Counted from the stretch's first letter, positions 9,696 to 21,043 are shown. The stretch: 64,000 nt of DNA from Muribaculaceae bacterium (GCA_022509125.1 JAFLTU010000004.1:34159-98158), one strand, 5' to 3'. The notes: generated from the sequence alone by a model not told the origin. Program-made: numbers and translations.

Positions 9696-10910
9696 TTAGA
9701 AGGATCTTTTCACAGAATATCCTACTTCCTTGAGCTTCTGCATGATTTCATCCACATGGGCCTGATCACGTGTCTCAAGGTCTATCTGCAGAATACATCC
9801 GGTAACGTCCGTTGAATTTGAGGCCCTTTCATGCACAACCGACAAGACGTTGGCCCCTAAACCGGAGATTACATTCAAAACCTCTGCCAAGGCTCCGGGT
9901 CGGTCGGCAAGATCGAAGGTAATCGATACCAACCTTCCGCTCTTCACCAAGCCTCGCGTGATAGCGCGGTTGAGGATGCTAACATCTATATTGCCTCCCG
10001 AAACGATACATACAACCTTTTTCCCTTTTACCGGCAATTTATTGTAAAGCACAGCAGCCAAGGCTACTGCCCCCGCACCTTCAGCAACCATTTTCTGTTT
10101 TTCCATCAGAGTCAGGATAGAAGCCGCAATCTCATCATCGTTCACTGTCACTATTTCATCCACATATTTGCTTATAAGTTCCAGAGTGAGATCTCCCGGT
10201 TCCTTCACCGCAATGCCATCAGCTATAGTCTTGACACCATCAAGTCTCACCTTCTCCTTTTTTTCCAGAGACACCTTCATGGATGGAGCCCCCTCGGCTT
10301 GAACTCCATAGACCTTCACTTCAGGCCTAAGGGTCTTGATGGCAAAGGCCACTCCCGAAATCAATCCTCCACCGCCCACCGGCACAACCACTGCGTCGAG
10401 GTCGTGTAACTGGGAGAGAATTTCAAGCCCGATGGTGCCCTGGCCGGCTATCACCTTCGGATCGTCAAAGGGATGGATGAATGTATAGTCATGTTCCTCC
10501 TGAAGTTCCACAGCCCGATTATGGGCATCGTCATAGACCCCGTTGACCAGACATATCTCTGCTCCAAAATTTCTCGTGGCCTCTACCTTCGAGAGAGGTG
10601 CCGTAGCCGGCAAACAGATTAATGACTTGATCCCGTTATGGGTCGCTCCCAAGGCCACTCCCTGGGCATGATTGCCGGCTGAACAGGCGATCACGCCTTT
10701 ACGCTTCTCCTCATCGCTAAGTTGAGATATCTTATAGTAAGCCCCCCTTAACTTAAAGGAACCCGTCAACTGAAGACACTCCGCCTTCAGATAAACCTCA
10801 CAATCTTCCGAAAGATTGGTAGGCCCCATCACAGGTGTGACACGTGCCACATTCTTCAAAACTTCCTGAGCCTTAAAAACCTCAGATATTTCAAGCACAT
10901 TTTTTTCCAT
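9696..10910 (-). CDS. ilvA: Threonine ammonia-lyase with C-terminal ACT domain
   Basis: GSFKLRGA PLP lysine, SAGNHAQG, VGGGGLISG, SGGNID, ACT DRPGAL; TAACTTTG promoter at 10979-10986 (-). Confidence 0.9.
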   Translation of the reverse strand: MEKNVLEISEVFKAQEVLKNVARVTPVMGPTNLSEDCEVYLKAECLQLTGSFKLRGAYYKISQLSDEEKRKGVIACSAGNHAQGVALGATHNGIKSLICLPATAPLSKVEATRNFGAEICLVNGVYDDAHNRAVELQEEHDYTFIHPFDDPKVIAGQGTIGLEILSQLHDLDAVVVPVGGGGLISGVAFAIKTLRPEVKVYGVQAEGAPSMKVSLEKKEKVRLDGVKTIADGIAVKEPGDLTLELISKYVDEIVTVNDDEIAASILTLMEKQKMVAEGAGAVALAAVLYNKLPVKGKKVVCIVSGGNIDVSILNRAITRGLVKSGRLVSITFDLADRPGALAEVLNVISGLGANVLSVVHERASNSTDVTGCILQIDLETRDQAHVDEIMQKLKEVGYSVKRSF

Positions 10911-11007
10911 AATAATAGTTTTTCATGGTCATAAGAGGAGTCTGTTTTCCTCTCTCTCAAAGAATTTCTCCGACACTGCAAAGTTAAGGAATTTTCCCCT
11001 TATCTTA

Positions 11008-11039
11008 TTTGTGTATATTAGACCTTATCGCTACATTTG
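11008..11039 (+). promoter_or_regulatory. Bacteroidetes sigma-A promoter for rubrerythrin
   Basis: TTTG-N20-TACATTTG. Confidence 0.65.
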
Positions 11040-11109
11040 TATGACCGGCAATAAACAAGCCAGACAAATTTCCGGATTGATATAACAATTTTTTACTCCA
11101 ATCAGACCA

Positions 11110-11685
11110 ATGGAACTTAAAGGCTCACAAACTGAAAAATATCTCGCCAAGGCTTTTGCGGTAGAGTCTACGGCAGTGACACGCTATATCTATTTTGCCA
11201 AAACTGCCAAGAAAGAGGGTTACTTTTTTTTCGCCAAAATTTTTGAAGAGACAGCAGCGAATGAAAACAGGCATGCAAAAACCTTTCTTAAATATTTACA
11301 AAACGGGGCTGTCGTGAGTGACCCGATTGAAATTGATCCCGGTATTCTATCTCCCACAATCGACAATCTGGCCATTGCCGAACACGAAGAAGACATAGAG
11401 GGAGTCCAGACCTATCAGGAGGCTGCCAAAGTGGCCCAGGCTGAAGGCTTTGCCGAAATAGCCGTTAGATTCCGCATAATTGCCGGAGTGGAGGCTCATC
11501 ATAAAGAGAGGTTCGCCTTGATGCGCCAACAAATACAAGATGACACTGTCTGGAAACGTCCCGAGGCTATCAGATGGCAATGTATGGAATGTGGATATAT
11601 TTTCGAGGGTAAGGAACCCCCAAAGAAATGTCCGGGTTGCGGAAAAGATTTTCATCATTTTATGCCTATGGGAGAACTCCTCTGA
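11110..11685 (+). CDS. rbr: Rubrerythrin
   Basis: LKGSQTEKYL..AFAVES, two ExxH motifs, C-terminal rubredoxin CMECGY..CPGC. Confidence 0.9.
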   Translation: MELKGSQTEKYLAKAFAVESTAVTRYIYFAKTAKKEGYFFFAKIFEETAANENRHAKTFLKYLQNGAVVSDPIEIDPGILSPTIDNLAIAEHEEDIEGVQTYQEAAKVAQAEGFAEIAVRFRIIAGVEAHHKERFALMRQQIQDDTVWKRPEAIRWQCMECGYIFEGKEPPKKCPGCGKDFHHFMPMGELL

Positions 11686-11743
11686 AAACCCATTACATGC
11701 ATAAAAATCACCTTCTTCACTTTTAATAGCAACAGAAGAAATA

Positions 11744-13039
11744 ATGGAGGCCCTTTATCATTATCTCTGGAAAACCGGTCTGAGAGGCAAAAATTTTAAA
11801 GATGTCGATGGATTGGAGGTTGAGGTGATCGACCCGGGCATCCATAACCACGACTCCGGGCCCGATTTTTTCAATTCAAAATTGAAAATCAACGGGGTGG
11901 AGTGGATAGGTAATGTTGAAATCCATGTTAAAGCCTCCGACTGGTTTCGACATCAACATGAAACCGACTCGGCCTATGAGAATGTAGTGCTCCATGTAGT
12001 AGGAATTTCCGATAAGAGGGTAACCCGACAAGACGGCTCCTTGATTCCACAGATAGAACTGACCTTCCCTGAGAAATTTTTCAAAACCTATTTGATCCTC
12101 TCTGAAGGGGCCACAGGTCTTAGATGCGGTTCAATGATCTCTACTCTCCCGGAACTCAACAAGACCGACTGGCTGGAGAGTCTTTCCACTCAACGTCTGC
12201 AGTCTAAAGCCTCCAAGGTCTTGGAAATCAATTCCGCCCTCGATGGCGACTGGGAACAGACTGCATTCATTATGCTTGCACGCGGACTAGGTTTCGGATT
12301 AAACGGCGATCCATTCGAATTGCTGGGTCGATCCGTGCCTCTCCGGATTCTTCATCATCATAGCGACAATCTTTTTCAGCTCGAAGCCATACTCTTCGGG
12401 CAGGCTGCAATGCTCGACGCCACGCTCTATATGTTTGATGAATATTACCAGGCCCTTTGCAGAGAATATTATTTCCTGGCTCGCAAGTATGGATTAAAAC
12501 CTCTCAGGCCCGGTCTTTGGAAATATTCCCGCACCCGTCCCCAGAATTTTCCTCATCGAAGAATCGCCTTTCTGGCCAACTCAGCCTTTGGGGGCTTCTC
12601 CCTTTTCTCCCGAATGCTGGAAAACTTTGGCGACAGCGATAAATTAATAGACGTATTCGACATGGAGGCCGAAGGATATTGGAAAACCCATTATTCTTTT
12701 GACGATGAGACTTCAACCCCACCCTCCCGGCTCTCTCGGGCAAGTCGCATCCTGCTGACCGTCAACTCCGCAATTCCTCTTCTTTATGCCTACGCTTCTG
12801 CCACAGGGAATCCGGACCTTGGAGAAAAAATCCTCTCCCTTATGCAAGATCTGCCTCCGGAAAGCAACTCCATCACTCGTCAATGGCAGATTCTCGGTTT
12901 CCCTGCAAAAGATGCCGCCAAGAGTCAAGCCCTAATTCAGCTCCAAAAAGAATATTGCGATAAAAACAAGTGTATCTATTGCCGTTTTGGCCATCATTTC
13001 CTACGCAAAACGGCTAATCCGGTTGAATCCTTTTCCTGA
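11744..13039 (+). CDS. DUF2851-family protein
   Basis: GPDFFN..WIGNVEIHVKASDWFRHQH..D.AY.NVVLHVV, RPQNFPHRRIA, C-terminal C..C..C.FG. Confidence 0.85.
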   Translation: MEALYHYLWKTGLRGKNFKDVDGLEVEVIDPGIHNHDSGPDFFNSKLKINGVEWIGNVEIHVKASDWFRHQHETDSAYENVVLHVVGISDKRVTRQDGSLIPQIELTFPEKFFKTYLILSEGATGLRCGSMISTLPELNKTDWLESLSTQRLQSKASKVLEINSALDGDWEQTAFIMLARGLGFGLNGDPFELLGRSVPLRILHHHSDNLFQLEAILFGQAAMLDATLYMFDEYYQALCREYYFLARKYGLKPLRPGLWKYSRTRPQNFPHRRIAFLANSAFGGFSLFSRMLENFGDSDKLIDVFDMEAEGYWKTHYSFDDETSTPPSRLSRASRILLTVNSAIPLLYAYASATGNPDLGEKILSLMQDLPPESNSITRQWQILGFPAKDAAKSQALIQLQKEYCDKNKCIYCRFGHHFLRKTANPVESFS

Positions 13040-13046
13040 CACGGTC

Positions 13047-15071
13047 TTAAGTTGTAGAAGCGCTTCTCAGCTCCCCTTTAATTGTCTCTGCCAATTCTAT
13101 TGTCTTATTCAAGTCACCGATTAAGACTCTACGTTTTTTCTTATTTAGCAGATAGAGAACATATCCCCCGGGAACAAACCATCTTAATACCTTCGACAGC
13201 CAGGCAGGATGCGTGGGGTTAATCACAAAATCAGAATAAATCCATGGAAATTCGGAAAGCTTGTCCACTATATTGTTGTTACGGCTGTCCTGAAGATATT
13301 CAGTCAGAGAATCGAGTTCTTCACCCGTCTTATTTAATTCAGCTCCTATAGCCTTCTCGCTCCACAACTCCCCATAGGAAGGACGTCGGCTCAATTTTTC
13401 AATCAATTCACGACAATCGTCAATAAGTTTCGAAAGCCTTTCATTAGCCTCAGAGTTGTCTACTTCATTGATGATGACCTCTTTTCTTCCGATGCTGCGT
13501 GGCGACCGAATGCCCCTTATCTTGCGCAGCAACTCTTTATAGCTGTCGGGATTAAACACGGCGGAATCATTCATCGCCTTATAAGTGACATAGATTCCCA
13601 AGGGGGCTAAAATGAAAGTGGAAAGCCAAATACCAATCCAAACCTCCCAACGTCCGTCGCGCGCCATCTTATAGCCGGTGTTGTCGATGATATAATAAAA
13701 GAGGAATAGCAACACGGATATCACCAGAGGGGTGCCAAGGCCACCCTTCCGGATAATTGCTCCCAATGGAGCTCCAATAAAAAAGAATATGAGACAAGCC
13801 ACCGACAAAGTGTATTTCTTCAGCAACTCAATCTTATGACGGCGGATGCTCATCTTGTCGTCGGAAATAGTTGCCGATTTAAACTGCACTTCATTGACCC
13901 GTCGCTTAGATATCGAAAGTGCCGTCTCAAAAAGTCGCCCTCGTCGCTCCATCGGCACTGATAAAATCAAAGAATCCAGATTAAAGGTCTTTACTCCCGC
14001 AACCTCTTCTTCAATATTTATTTCTTCTTTGATTTCATGGCCGGTTCTCTTCCCCTCCTTTTGGTTTCTGTTTTTCCCCTCTTTTAAAGCCGGGTTCTCT
14101 TTCTCTATTTCTGACTTTTTCTCACGCTCGGATTGAGTGAAGACAGGCTGCCCCGTTTTACGGTCTACAAGCAGTGGGAAAGCATTCTTTCTCAAATCAT
14201 TGGCATAGATATTCCCTGTGGAATCTATACGGTTGCTCACGGAGTCGATTGTATGCTGAAGTTCCACGATGTTTTTCCCGACATACTGGCTCCGTATCCC
14301 TCCCTCGTCCATTCGGTTGAAATTAGCATCGAAGGGAATAAGAATTTGCTTGTCGACAAAAGATTCGCGACGGAAAGGGACATTCTTGTCTAAGGCTTTC
14401 TGTTCGCGGAGATTTTCAAACTGCTCCCCTGTAAAGAGATGTAGATAGAGATATCTCATATCGGCGGTAAAAGCCATTCTTCCGGAATCGGCCACAAGGA
14501 TTGTGGCGTTATCGCCCCCTCGCGTCACGTCGTAGATCATAACGTCATAAAGCATCCCCGTATCCTGATTCTTGCTTTGAACAAGTAGATTATATCCGGG
14601 TATCTGGTCGTAAAACACTCCCTCCGGAATTTCAACTTCAGGAGATTTCTGACGCATAGAAAAGAGAAGTGTCCACATCTTAACCTGAGCCGGTGGCAAA
14701 GCATAATTCTGAAAAAAGAAGGCCCCGACAGCCACAAAAAACATTAAGACTATCAAGGGTCGCATCGTGTGGACCAACGATATACCTGAAGCCTTCATGG
14801 CCGTCAGTTCGAATTTCTCTCCGAAGTTGCCGTAGGTCATCAGGCTCGCCAGCAATATGGCAAGCGGCAATGCCATCGGCACCATCGAAACCCCGGCATA
14901 GAAAAACAACTCACCTATCAAAGAGAAGGGCAAACCTTTGCCCACCAAGTCGTCGATATGCTTCCAGAGAAACTGCATCAACACGATGAAGAGCACGATG
15001 AAAAATGTCATCGCGAACAGAGGCAGAAAGCTCTTCAAAATGAAGGTGTATAGTTTCTTTACTATAGCCAA
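13047..15071 (-). CDS. LptF/LptG-family LPS export permease (YjgP/YjgQ)
   Basis: ELTAMKASGISL, IGAPLGAIIRKGGLG, multiple TMs plus periplasmic domain. Confidence 0.88.
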   Translation of the reverse strand: MAIVKKLYTFILKSFLPLFAMTFFIVLFIVLMQFLWKHIDDLVGKGLPFSLIGELFFYAGVSMVPMALPLAILLASLMTYGNFGEKFELTAMKASGISLVHTMRPLIVLMFFVAVGAFFFQNYALPPAQVKMWTLLFSMRQKSPEVEIPEGVFYDQIPGYNLLVQSKNQDTGMLYDVMIYDVTRGGDNATILVADSGRMAFTADMRYLYLHLFTGEQFENLREQKALDKNVPFRRESFVDKQILIPFDANFNRMDEGGIRSQYVGKNIVELQHTIDSVSNRIDSTGNIYANDLRKNAFPLLVDRKTGQPVFTQSEREKKSEIEKENPALKEGKNRNQKEGKRTGHEIKEEINIEEEVAGVKTFNLDSLILSVPMERRGRLFETALSISKRRVNEVQFKSATISDDKMSIRRHKIELLKKYTLSVACLIFFFIGAPLGAIIRKGGLGTPLVISVLLFLFYYIIDNTGYKMARDGRWEVWIGIWLSTFILAPLGIYVTYKAMNDSAVFNPDSYKELLRKIRGIRSPRSIGRKEVIINEVDNSEANERLSKLIDDCRELIEKLSRRPSYGELWSEKAIGAELNKTGEELDSLTEYLQDSRNNNIVDKLSEFPWIYSDFVINPTHPAWLSKVLRWFVPGGYVLYLLNKKKRRVLIGDLNKTIELAETIKGELRSASTT

Positions 15072-15100
15072 GACAAAGGTTTTTGGATTTAAGAGTTATT

Positions 15101-18100
15101 TCACAACTCCTCCAGAAGGGTCATCACAGCTGTGTGGAGCTGATGGTCTTCTCCGCCCATCACCTGCTCGGGAGTATTGATCACAAATATATCGGGTTCC
15201 AGTTGAGAATTTTCCAAGAAAGAGCCATCGGGTAGTCTATAGCCAACCACAGGTATGCCGAAGACCATTGTGGGATCCTGCATTGTGACCCAGTTGACCG
15301 AAGTCATAGTTCCCGGCACCGGAGCTCCCACAAGTTTTCCGAGCCCCTGATGTTTGTAAACCCAGGGAGTGCCATGGGCATTGCTGTAGCATGGTTCTCC
15401 CATCACCATGATCGAGGGTTTGGTCCAGCGACGAGAAGGCATCCTGGCAGCCTCTTCGCCTCTAACCTCCTGCTTGAAATATTCCTTTCCACTAAACAAG
15501 ACCTCGATATCCTCGTGTAGGCGTCCCCCTCCGTTCCAACGGATGTCGATAACTATTCCCTCACGGTCGTTGTATTTCCCAAGTATATCTGAATAGATTT
15601 CACGGAAACTATCGTCGCCCATCGACTGGATATGCACATAGCCAAGTCGGCCATCACTCCATCTATCCACGTCGGCTGCTCGGTTTTTAACCCATCGTTT
15701 GTATAAAAGGTCTGATTCCTCTCCTTTGCTTATAGGCAAAACCACTTCTTCAGCCAGGGTGCCATTCGGCTTACGATATTTCACACGGGTTTTCTTCCCT
15801 GCCAGATCAGCCAAAGCCTTGGAATGGCTCTCCTTTGAAGTAAGTTCCTTTCCGTTGATAGCAACAACTACATCTCCCGGCTCAATGCCCGACCATGATT
15901 TATCCATTGGTCCTCCGGCCAAAACTTCCTCCACAAGCATACCGTCGCCTTCGCGGCTCATGTCTACGAGCAGTCCAAGAGAGGCGGTGCGGCTCCCGTC
16001 GGGGTTGCTGTCGGGATAATACCTACCACCTGTGTGCGACACATTCAACTCCCCAAGCATCTCGCTTAGAAGCTCCGCAAAGTCATAGTTATTGGTGATG
16101 TGAGGCAAAAAACGGCGATAATGCTCCGTAAGCGACTCCCAATCTACTCCATGCATGTATTCTACGTAAAATCTTTCCCGCTCTTCATTTTTGACGAAGT
16201 CAAACATATAGTTTCTTTCCGCTGCCGGATCTAACAGCATTTTACCGCCATATTCCACTTCTGTGAGTTTCTCGCTAGATGGATTGAACTGCTTTATGCC
16301 GCGTTGCGACACAAGAAATAAATTTTGTCCCTCAGCATCCTTGAGGAATTTGCTGCGGCGCGCTCCTAGTTTTCTAACTTCTTCTGCATCCCCGTCGCGC
16401 AGATTTATCTTCCAAAGGTCGTAGCCATTATTAAAGTCGGCTAAATAATAAAGTGTCTCGCCGTCAGCCGTAACGATATAGTCAGCTATGTCGGCAGAGG
16501 CCGGGGTGAGGCGTAGGGTGCGATCCTGAATATCCTTCCGGTCTATCTTGATTTTATTTTCTCTATCTTCAGCCGGCTCTTTATCCTTTTTGTTTTTCTT
16601 TTTGCCTTTGTCGGCCTTATCATCTTCTTTTTTAGAATTACTTTGCTCGAGTTCCTTCTTTAGATTATAGTCTTCTTCTGAAAGAGTGAACTTGTCGTAG
16701 GCCTCCTCATTGAGGAAGGTGATCATCACGTCGTAAAGGGAACCCCACGATGCATGGTTGCGCATGCCATATCTTTCCGACTGAAACACCACTGCATTCC
16801 CATCCAGAGCAAAACGGGGCTCCTCGTCGAAATAGCCGGTCTCTGTCAGCGCTATCATCTCTCCATCATTGGCATTCACCAGGATTATATCGTAATAGGG
16901 GTCGTGATGATGGAGCACTCCATAGGTCAGTATCCATTCGCCGTCGGGACTCCATTCGTAATCAAACCCTCCGTCGCGCGACAGATAGGTTTTGCCATCA
17001 AGCAATTGCCGTTCCGCACCTGAAGCCATATCTCTGACCATAAGTTTATTGCGGTCTTGGATATAAGCAAGTCTTTTACCATCGGGGCTAAATGATGCAT
17101 AGTTCATTTCCTGAGGGGCTCCCGGAAATAGAGCCTCCTCTATAATCTCAGTGGAGTTCTCGAAATTTGGTTCATCGGAATTGGCCCGTCTTGCCGTATA
17201 GAGGGCACGTCGCCCATCCCTTTCTGATGTATATATCAATTGGTCGCCATCAGGGTGCCACCCGATTTGAGACTCCGCTTCCGGAGTATGGGTGATTTGT
17301 TTGGTGGTGGCATAATCCACAGACGTCACAAAGACATCTCCGCGACTGATGAATGCCACAGACTTGCCGTCGGGAGACACGGCAGCATCCTCAAGTTCGC
17401 CGATATTGATTTTCTTAACCCTTGGGAAATCATCCGATGTTACATTAATGGCTACCTTCCTGGGCTCGCTCCCCGGGATCATCGTATAGATTTCCCCATC
17501 ATAGGCAAACGAGAGAAGCCCGGTGTCGGCTAATGACAGAAACCTAACGGGATGCTCAGTAAAATTTGTGAGTTTCTTTAAATCGCCTCCCTCATTATTC
17601 ATGGAATATACATTGAGGCTCTCACCCGGAATTTCTCTAAGGAAAAAGATTGTGGCTCCCTCGGGGCTGACTACCGGGTTGCGGTCTTCGCCTCCGCGGT
17701 TTGTGATGTTGCGGAAAGAATTGTCATTCCGGTTCCATCGCCAGATGTCGCGAGTCACTGAAGAAGTATGGTGTTTACGCCATTCATCTTCCATCCCCTT
17801 GAGGTCTTGATAATAAATTATTTCAGGCGACTCTTTTGAAAAAGAGGGCATCTGGACAGGGATTCCCGCCAATTGCACCGGGTTGCCCCCCTCCACGGGA
17901 ACCTGATATAACTCCGTCATCCTTCCCGTGGGAAACATAACGCTTTTAGCATCATTCTGAAGCGCCGCACTAAACCAAACCTGGGAACCGTCGGCCGAAA
18001 AGGCTTCCGGATATTCGTTGGCTGAATCGAAAGTGAGCTGGCGGGGAGTGCCCCCATCAGCCTCAACAATGAATACATCGAAATTGCCCGTGCGGTTACT

Positions 18101-18346
18101 GCTGAATGCCAGCATCTTGCTGTCGGGGCTCCAGACCGGATGATCTTCATAAAAAGAATCGGTAGAAGTCAGTTTCCTGGCCTCTCCTCCCTGAGTATCC
18201 ACGGTCCATATATCTCCCTTATATGTGAAGGCTATCTTTTTTCCGTCTGGACTAATCTTGACATCTCTCATCCATAACGGCGTCTCAGCATATGAAATCA
18301 TGGCTATGGCCGCCATGCCAATGCCCATCAAATATTTTTTCCTCAT
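15101..18346 (-). CDS. Tricorn-like S41 protease with PD40 beta-propellers and PDZ
   Basis: Signal peptide, repeated SPDG/WSPD, LGELNVSHTG, DIRWNGGG, YSNAH; TAATTTTG promoter at 18372-18379 (-). Confidence 0.9.
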   Translation of the reverse strand: MRKKYLMGIGMAAIAMISYAETPLWMRDVKISPDGKKIAFTYKGDIWTVDTQGGEARKLTSTDSFYEDHPVWSPDSKMLAFSSNRTGNFDVFIVEADGGTPRQLTFDSANEYPEAFSADGSQVWFSAALQNDAKSVMFPTGRMTELYQVPVEGGNPVQLAGIPVQMPSFSKESPEIIYYQDLKGMEDEWRKHHTSSVTRDIWRWNRNDNSFRNITNRGGEDRNPVVSPEGATIFFLREIPGESLNVYSMNNEGGDLKKLTNFTEHPVRFLSLADTGLLSFAYDGEIYTMIPGSEPRKVAINVTSDDFPRVKKINIGELEDAAVSPDGKSVAFISRGDVFVTSVDYATTKQITHTPEAESQIGWHPDGDQLIYTSERDGRRALYTARRANSDEPNFENSTEIIEEALFPGAPQEMNYASFSPDGKRLAYIQDRNKLMVRDMASGAERQLLDGKTYLSRDGGFDYEWSPDGEWILTYGVLHHHDPYYDIILVNANDGEMIALTETGYFDEEPRFALDGNAVVFQSERYGMRNHASWGSLYDVMITFLNEEAYDKFTLSEEDYNLKKELEQSNSKKEDDKADKGKKKNKKDKEPAEDRENKIKIDRKDIQDRTLRLTPASADIADYIVTADGETLYYLADFNNGYDLWKINLRDGDAEEVRKLGARRSKFLKDAEGQNLFLVSQRGIKQFNPSSEKLTEVEYGGKMLLDPAAERNYMFDFVKNEERERFYVEYMHGVDWESLTEHYRRFLPHITNNYDFAELLSEMLGELNVSHTGGRYYPDSNPDGSRTASLGLLVDMSREGDGMLVEEVLAGGPMDKSWSGIEPGDVVVAINGKELTSKESHSKALADLAGKKTRVKYRKPNGTLAEEVVLPISKGEESDLLYKRWVKNRAADVDRWSDGRLGYVHIQSMGDDSFREIYSDILGKYNDREGIVIDIRWNGGGRLHEDIEVLFSGKEYFKQEVRGEEAARMPSRRWTKPSIMVMGEPCYSNAHGTPWVYKHQGLGKLVGAPVPGTMTSVNWVTMQDPTMVFGIPVVGYRLPDGSFLENSQLEPDIFVINTPEQVMGGEDHQLHTAVMTLLEEL

Positions 18347-18399
18347 AAGTCTGTGTGTTGGCTTATAAATGCAAAATTACAAATTTTAGACCTCATTCC

Positions 18400-19305
18400 C
18401 TAATCCCCATAAAGAAGCCGATAGGCGCTCTCGGAATCCACTACACCCCCTTCCGCAGCCTTTTCGTATAAATCATGGGGGGAAGGAAGGATTGGGGCTT
18501 CATAATAACATGTCTCTCCATCATAAAATAATTCCAACAATGCATCGGGGAAGATATCAAGCAATTCTGCCAGGATATATTGAGCCGACGGGTCGCCTGC
18601 TGTGGCTGCAGCATAAAAATATTCGATGGATTTCTGATGGTTGTAGACAACTCCCCTCCCTTTTGAATAAGCATCCCCAAGCAAAGCCTTGGATTTGGGA
18701 GAGCCGTAACGCGAGGCTATTTCAATGAGTTTAACTCCAATGATTGGAGCAGATCCCACATAATAACGTGTCCCAAGACTCAGGGCCGAATCGGCAGGAA
18801 GGGCCTCCCATTTTTCTTCCATAAGTTCTATAAGATTCACCTGAGCCTCCTTCACTCCACCCTCCGACGCCTTGGTTAGCCAGTAGACTGCCTCATCTTC
18901 ATCGTGAGAAACACCTTCTCCTTGGGTTAGAAGATAGCCCAAATTTGTAGCGGCTGTGAGGTCGCCGGCATGTCCGGCAGCCCTTATCCAATAGAGGGCT
19001 GAGTCTATGTCTTGGCGCACATGGTCGCCGTTGTAATATCTAAACCCAATGAAATTCATTGCCGGAGGATACCCCTTTTTTGCAGAGGCCAAATAAAGCA
19101 AAGAGCTCCGAAGGGAGTCTATGGAGATGGTGTCATAACCTATATCGTGCAATTTTGCCAGGTCGTAGAGTGCCTTGGCCTCCCCTTCCGTGGCCCTGCG
19201 GGCCAGATCGCGGATGGCTTCATGATGGTCAGTCACCTCTGCCTTGACCCATAAGAAGGTCAGGGCTAACAGACAAAATAATGTAGCTAAGATTCCCTTT
19301 CTCAC
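18400..19305 (-). CDS. Exported Sel1-repeat protein
   Basis: Repeated A..G...A...LG..Y..G.GV..D...A..W. Confidence 0.82.
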   Translation of the reverse strand: MRKGILATLFCLLALTFLWVKAEVTDHHEAIRDLARRATEGEAKALYDLAKLHDIGYDTISIDSLRSSLLYLASAKKGYPPAMNFIGFRYYNGDHVRQDIDSALYWIRAAGHAGDLTAATNLGYLLTQGEGVSHDEDEAVYWLTKASEGGVKEAQVNLIELMEEKWEALPADSALSLGTRYYVGSAPIIGVKLIEIASRYGSPKSKALLGDAYSKGRGVVYNHQKSIEYFYAAATAGDPSAQYILAELLDIFPDALLELFYDGETCYYEAPILPSPHDLYEKAAEGGVVDSESAYRLLYGD

Positions 19306-19328
19306 TTATCTATTTTTCTTTATTCCTC

Positions 19329-20864
19329 TCATCTTTGACGGGGGGAAAGAGTGATCAGAGGCACAATCATCTCCTCAAGCGAAATGCCTCCATGTTGGAA
19401 GGTGCCGTCGTAATATTGCACGTAATAATTATAATTATTAGGATAAGAAAAGAAATCCTCATTGCAGGCATAGATGAAGGTGCTAGACAGATTGGGAGCC
19501 GGAAGCCCGAATTTGGCGGGATCTTTCATTTCATAAACCTGCTTGGGATTGTATTTTAGATTTTTTCCCACCTTATAACGCAAGTTAGTGTTGGTGTTGC
19601 GGTCTCCCACCACCTTTATCGGGTTGTCTACCCTGATAGTACCATGGTCAGTGGTGATAATAATCTTAAATCCTTTATCGGCCATTCTTCGGAAGACTTC
19701 AAGCGAAGATGAATGTCTAAACCAAGACTCTGTCAGCGAGCGATAGGCCGCGTCGGAATTAGCCAACTCCCGGATCATCTTCGACTCCGTGCGGGCATGG
19801 CTGAGCATGTCAATAAAATTCAATACCACCACATTGAGGGCATTATCCTTAATCTCATTGATTTTTGCAAGGAATTTTTCCCCTGCCGTGGAATCATTGA
19901 GTTTTGTGTATGAAAATTTTTCTTTCCTCCGATATCTTTCAAGCTGGGTCTTTATCAACTCCTCCTCATGCACATTTAGGCCCTCGTCTTCATCCTCATC
20001 TACCCATAATTCAGGAAACATCTTGGCTATTCGGGAGGGCATAAGGCCCGCGAATATGGCGTTGCGAGCATATTGAGTACTCGTCGGCAGGATGGTAGTG
20101 TAGAGTTCTTCGGTGATGTCGAAACTGTCGGCAAAGAGCCCTTGCACTGTCCTCCACTGGTCAAGTCTGAAATTGTCGATCAATACGAAACACACCTTTT
20201 CTCCGGCATCAAGCAGCGGGAAAACCTTCTTTTTGAAAAGCTCCTGACTCATCAAGGGATGCGCCTCTGAAGTCACCCATGTCTCATAATTCTTCTTCAC
20301 AAATTTAGAGAAACTGCTATTGGCCTCTTTCTTCTGGCTGAGCATCATCTCCGCCATCTCGGTGTTTTCAAGTTTCAATTCCCAATAGACGAGCCTCCGA
20401 TAGACCTCCTGCCAGTCTTCTATTGTGTGGGCATCGCCTATCATCGAAGAAATCTGCATGAAGTCTTGCCGATAGTCGTTGGTGGCCTGCATTTTGACAA
20501 GCTCCCGGCTGCCAAGATTTTTTTTAAGCGATAGAAGTATCTGATTCGGATTGACAGGTTTTATAAGATAGTCGGCTATACTGTTGCCTATGGCCTGGTT
20601 CATGAGGTTTTCCTCCTCAGATTTTGTAATCATAATGACAGGCACCTCCGGATGTTTCAGATTGATGCGTGAAAGGGTCTCTAAGCCTGAGAGACCCGGC
20701 ATATTCTCATCAAGCAAGATGATGCTGAAGGCACTCCTGTCTAAGGCCTCAAGAGCATCAACACCGTTAGACACTGTCTCCACTTCATAGCCTTTGCTCT
20801 TCAGAAACAATATATGAGGCTTTAGCAAATCTATTTCATCATCGGCCCATAATATCCTGTGCAT
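19329..20864 (-). CDS. porX: PorX-type response regulator (receiver plus PglZ/alkaline-phosphatase domain)
   Basis: ILWADDEIDLLKPH, LLDENMPG, IDNFRLDQW, LPTSTQYARNAIF, TTDHG, FQHGGISLEEM. Confidence 0.9.
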   Translation of the reverse strand: MHRILWADDEIDLLKPHILFLKSKGYEVETVSNGVDALEALDRSAFSIILLDENMPGLSGLETLSRINLKHPEVPVIMITKSEEENLMNQAIGNSIADYLIKPVNPNQILLSLKKNLGSRELVKMQATNDYRQDFMQISSMIGDAHTIEDWQEVYRRLVYWELKLENTEMAEMMLSQKKEANSSFSKFVKKNYETWVTSEAHPLMSQELFKKKVFPLLDAGEKVCFVLIDNFRLDQWRTVQGLFADSFDITEELYTTILPTSTQYARNAIFAGLMPSRIAKMFPELWVDEDEDEGLNVHEEELIKTQLERYRRKEKFSYTKLNDSTAGEKFLAKINEIKDNALNVVVLNFIDMLSHARTESKMIRELANSDAAYRSLTESWFRHSSSLEVFRRMADKGFKIIITTDHGTIRVDNPIKVVGDRNTNTNLRYKVGKNLKYNPKQVYEMKDPAKFGLPAPNLSSTFIYACNEDFFSYPNNYNYYVQYYDGTFQHGGISLEEMIVPLITLSPRQR

Positions 20865-21043
20865 ATCGTCTTCTATTGTAATATTGAAATTCCAGCCATC
20901 CTCTCTTCCGTCTGTTCCGGACCGACAACGGCTATGTTTATTTTATCTCTCCTTTTTTTAAACGGATTTCAAATTATGGATATTTTTTCTGATCACATAA
21001 AAACCTTGCCTACTCAACTATTTTTAAATCCGGAAAGTTTTGT

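Noticed and set aside
19329-20864. PglZ domain as sign of a BREX defence system
   Set aside because: Fused to a receiver domain in PorX architecture; no brxC, pglX or brxL nearby
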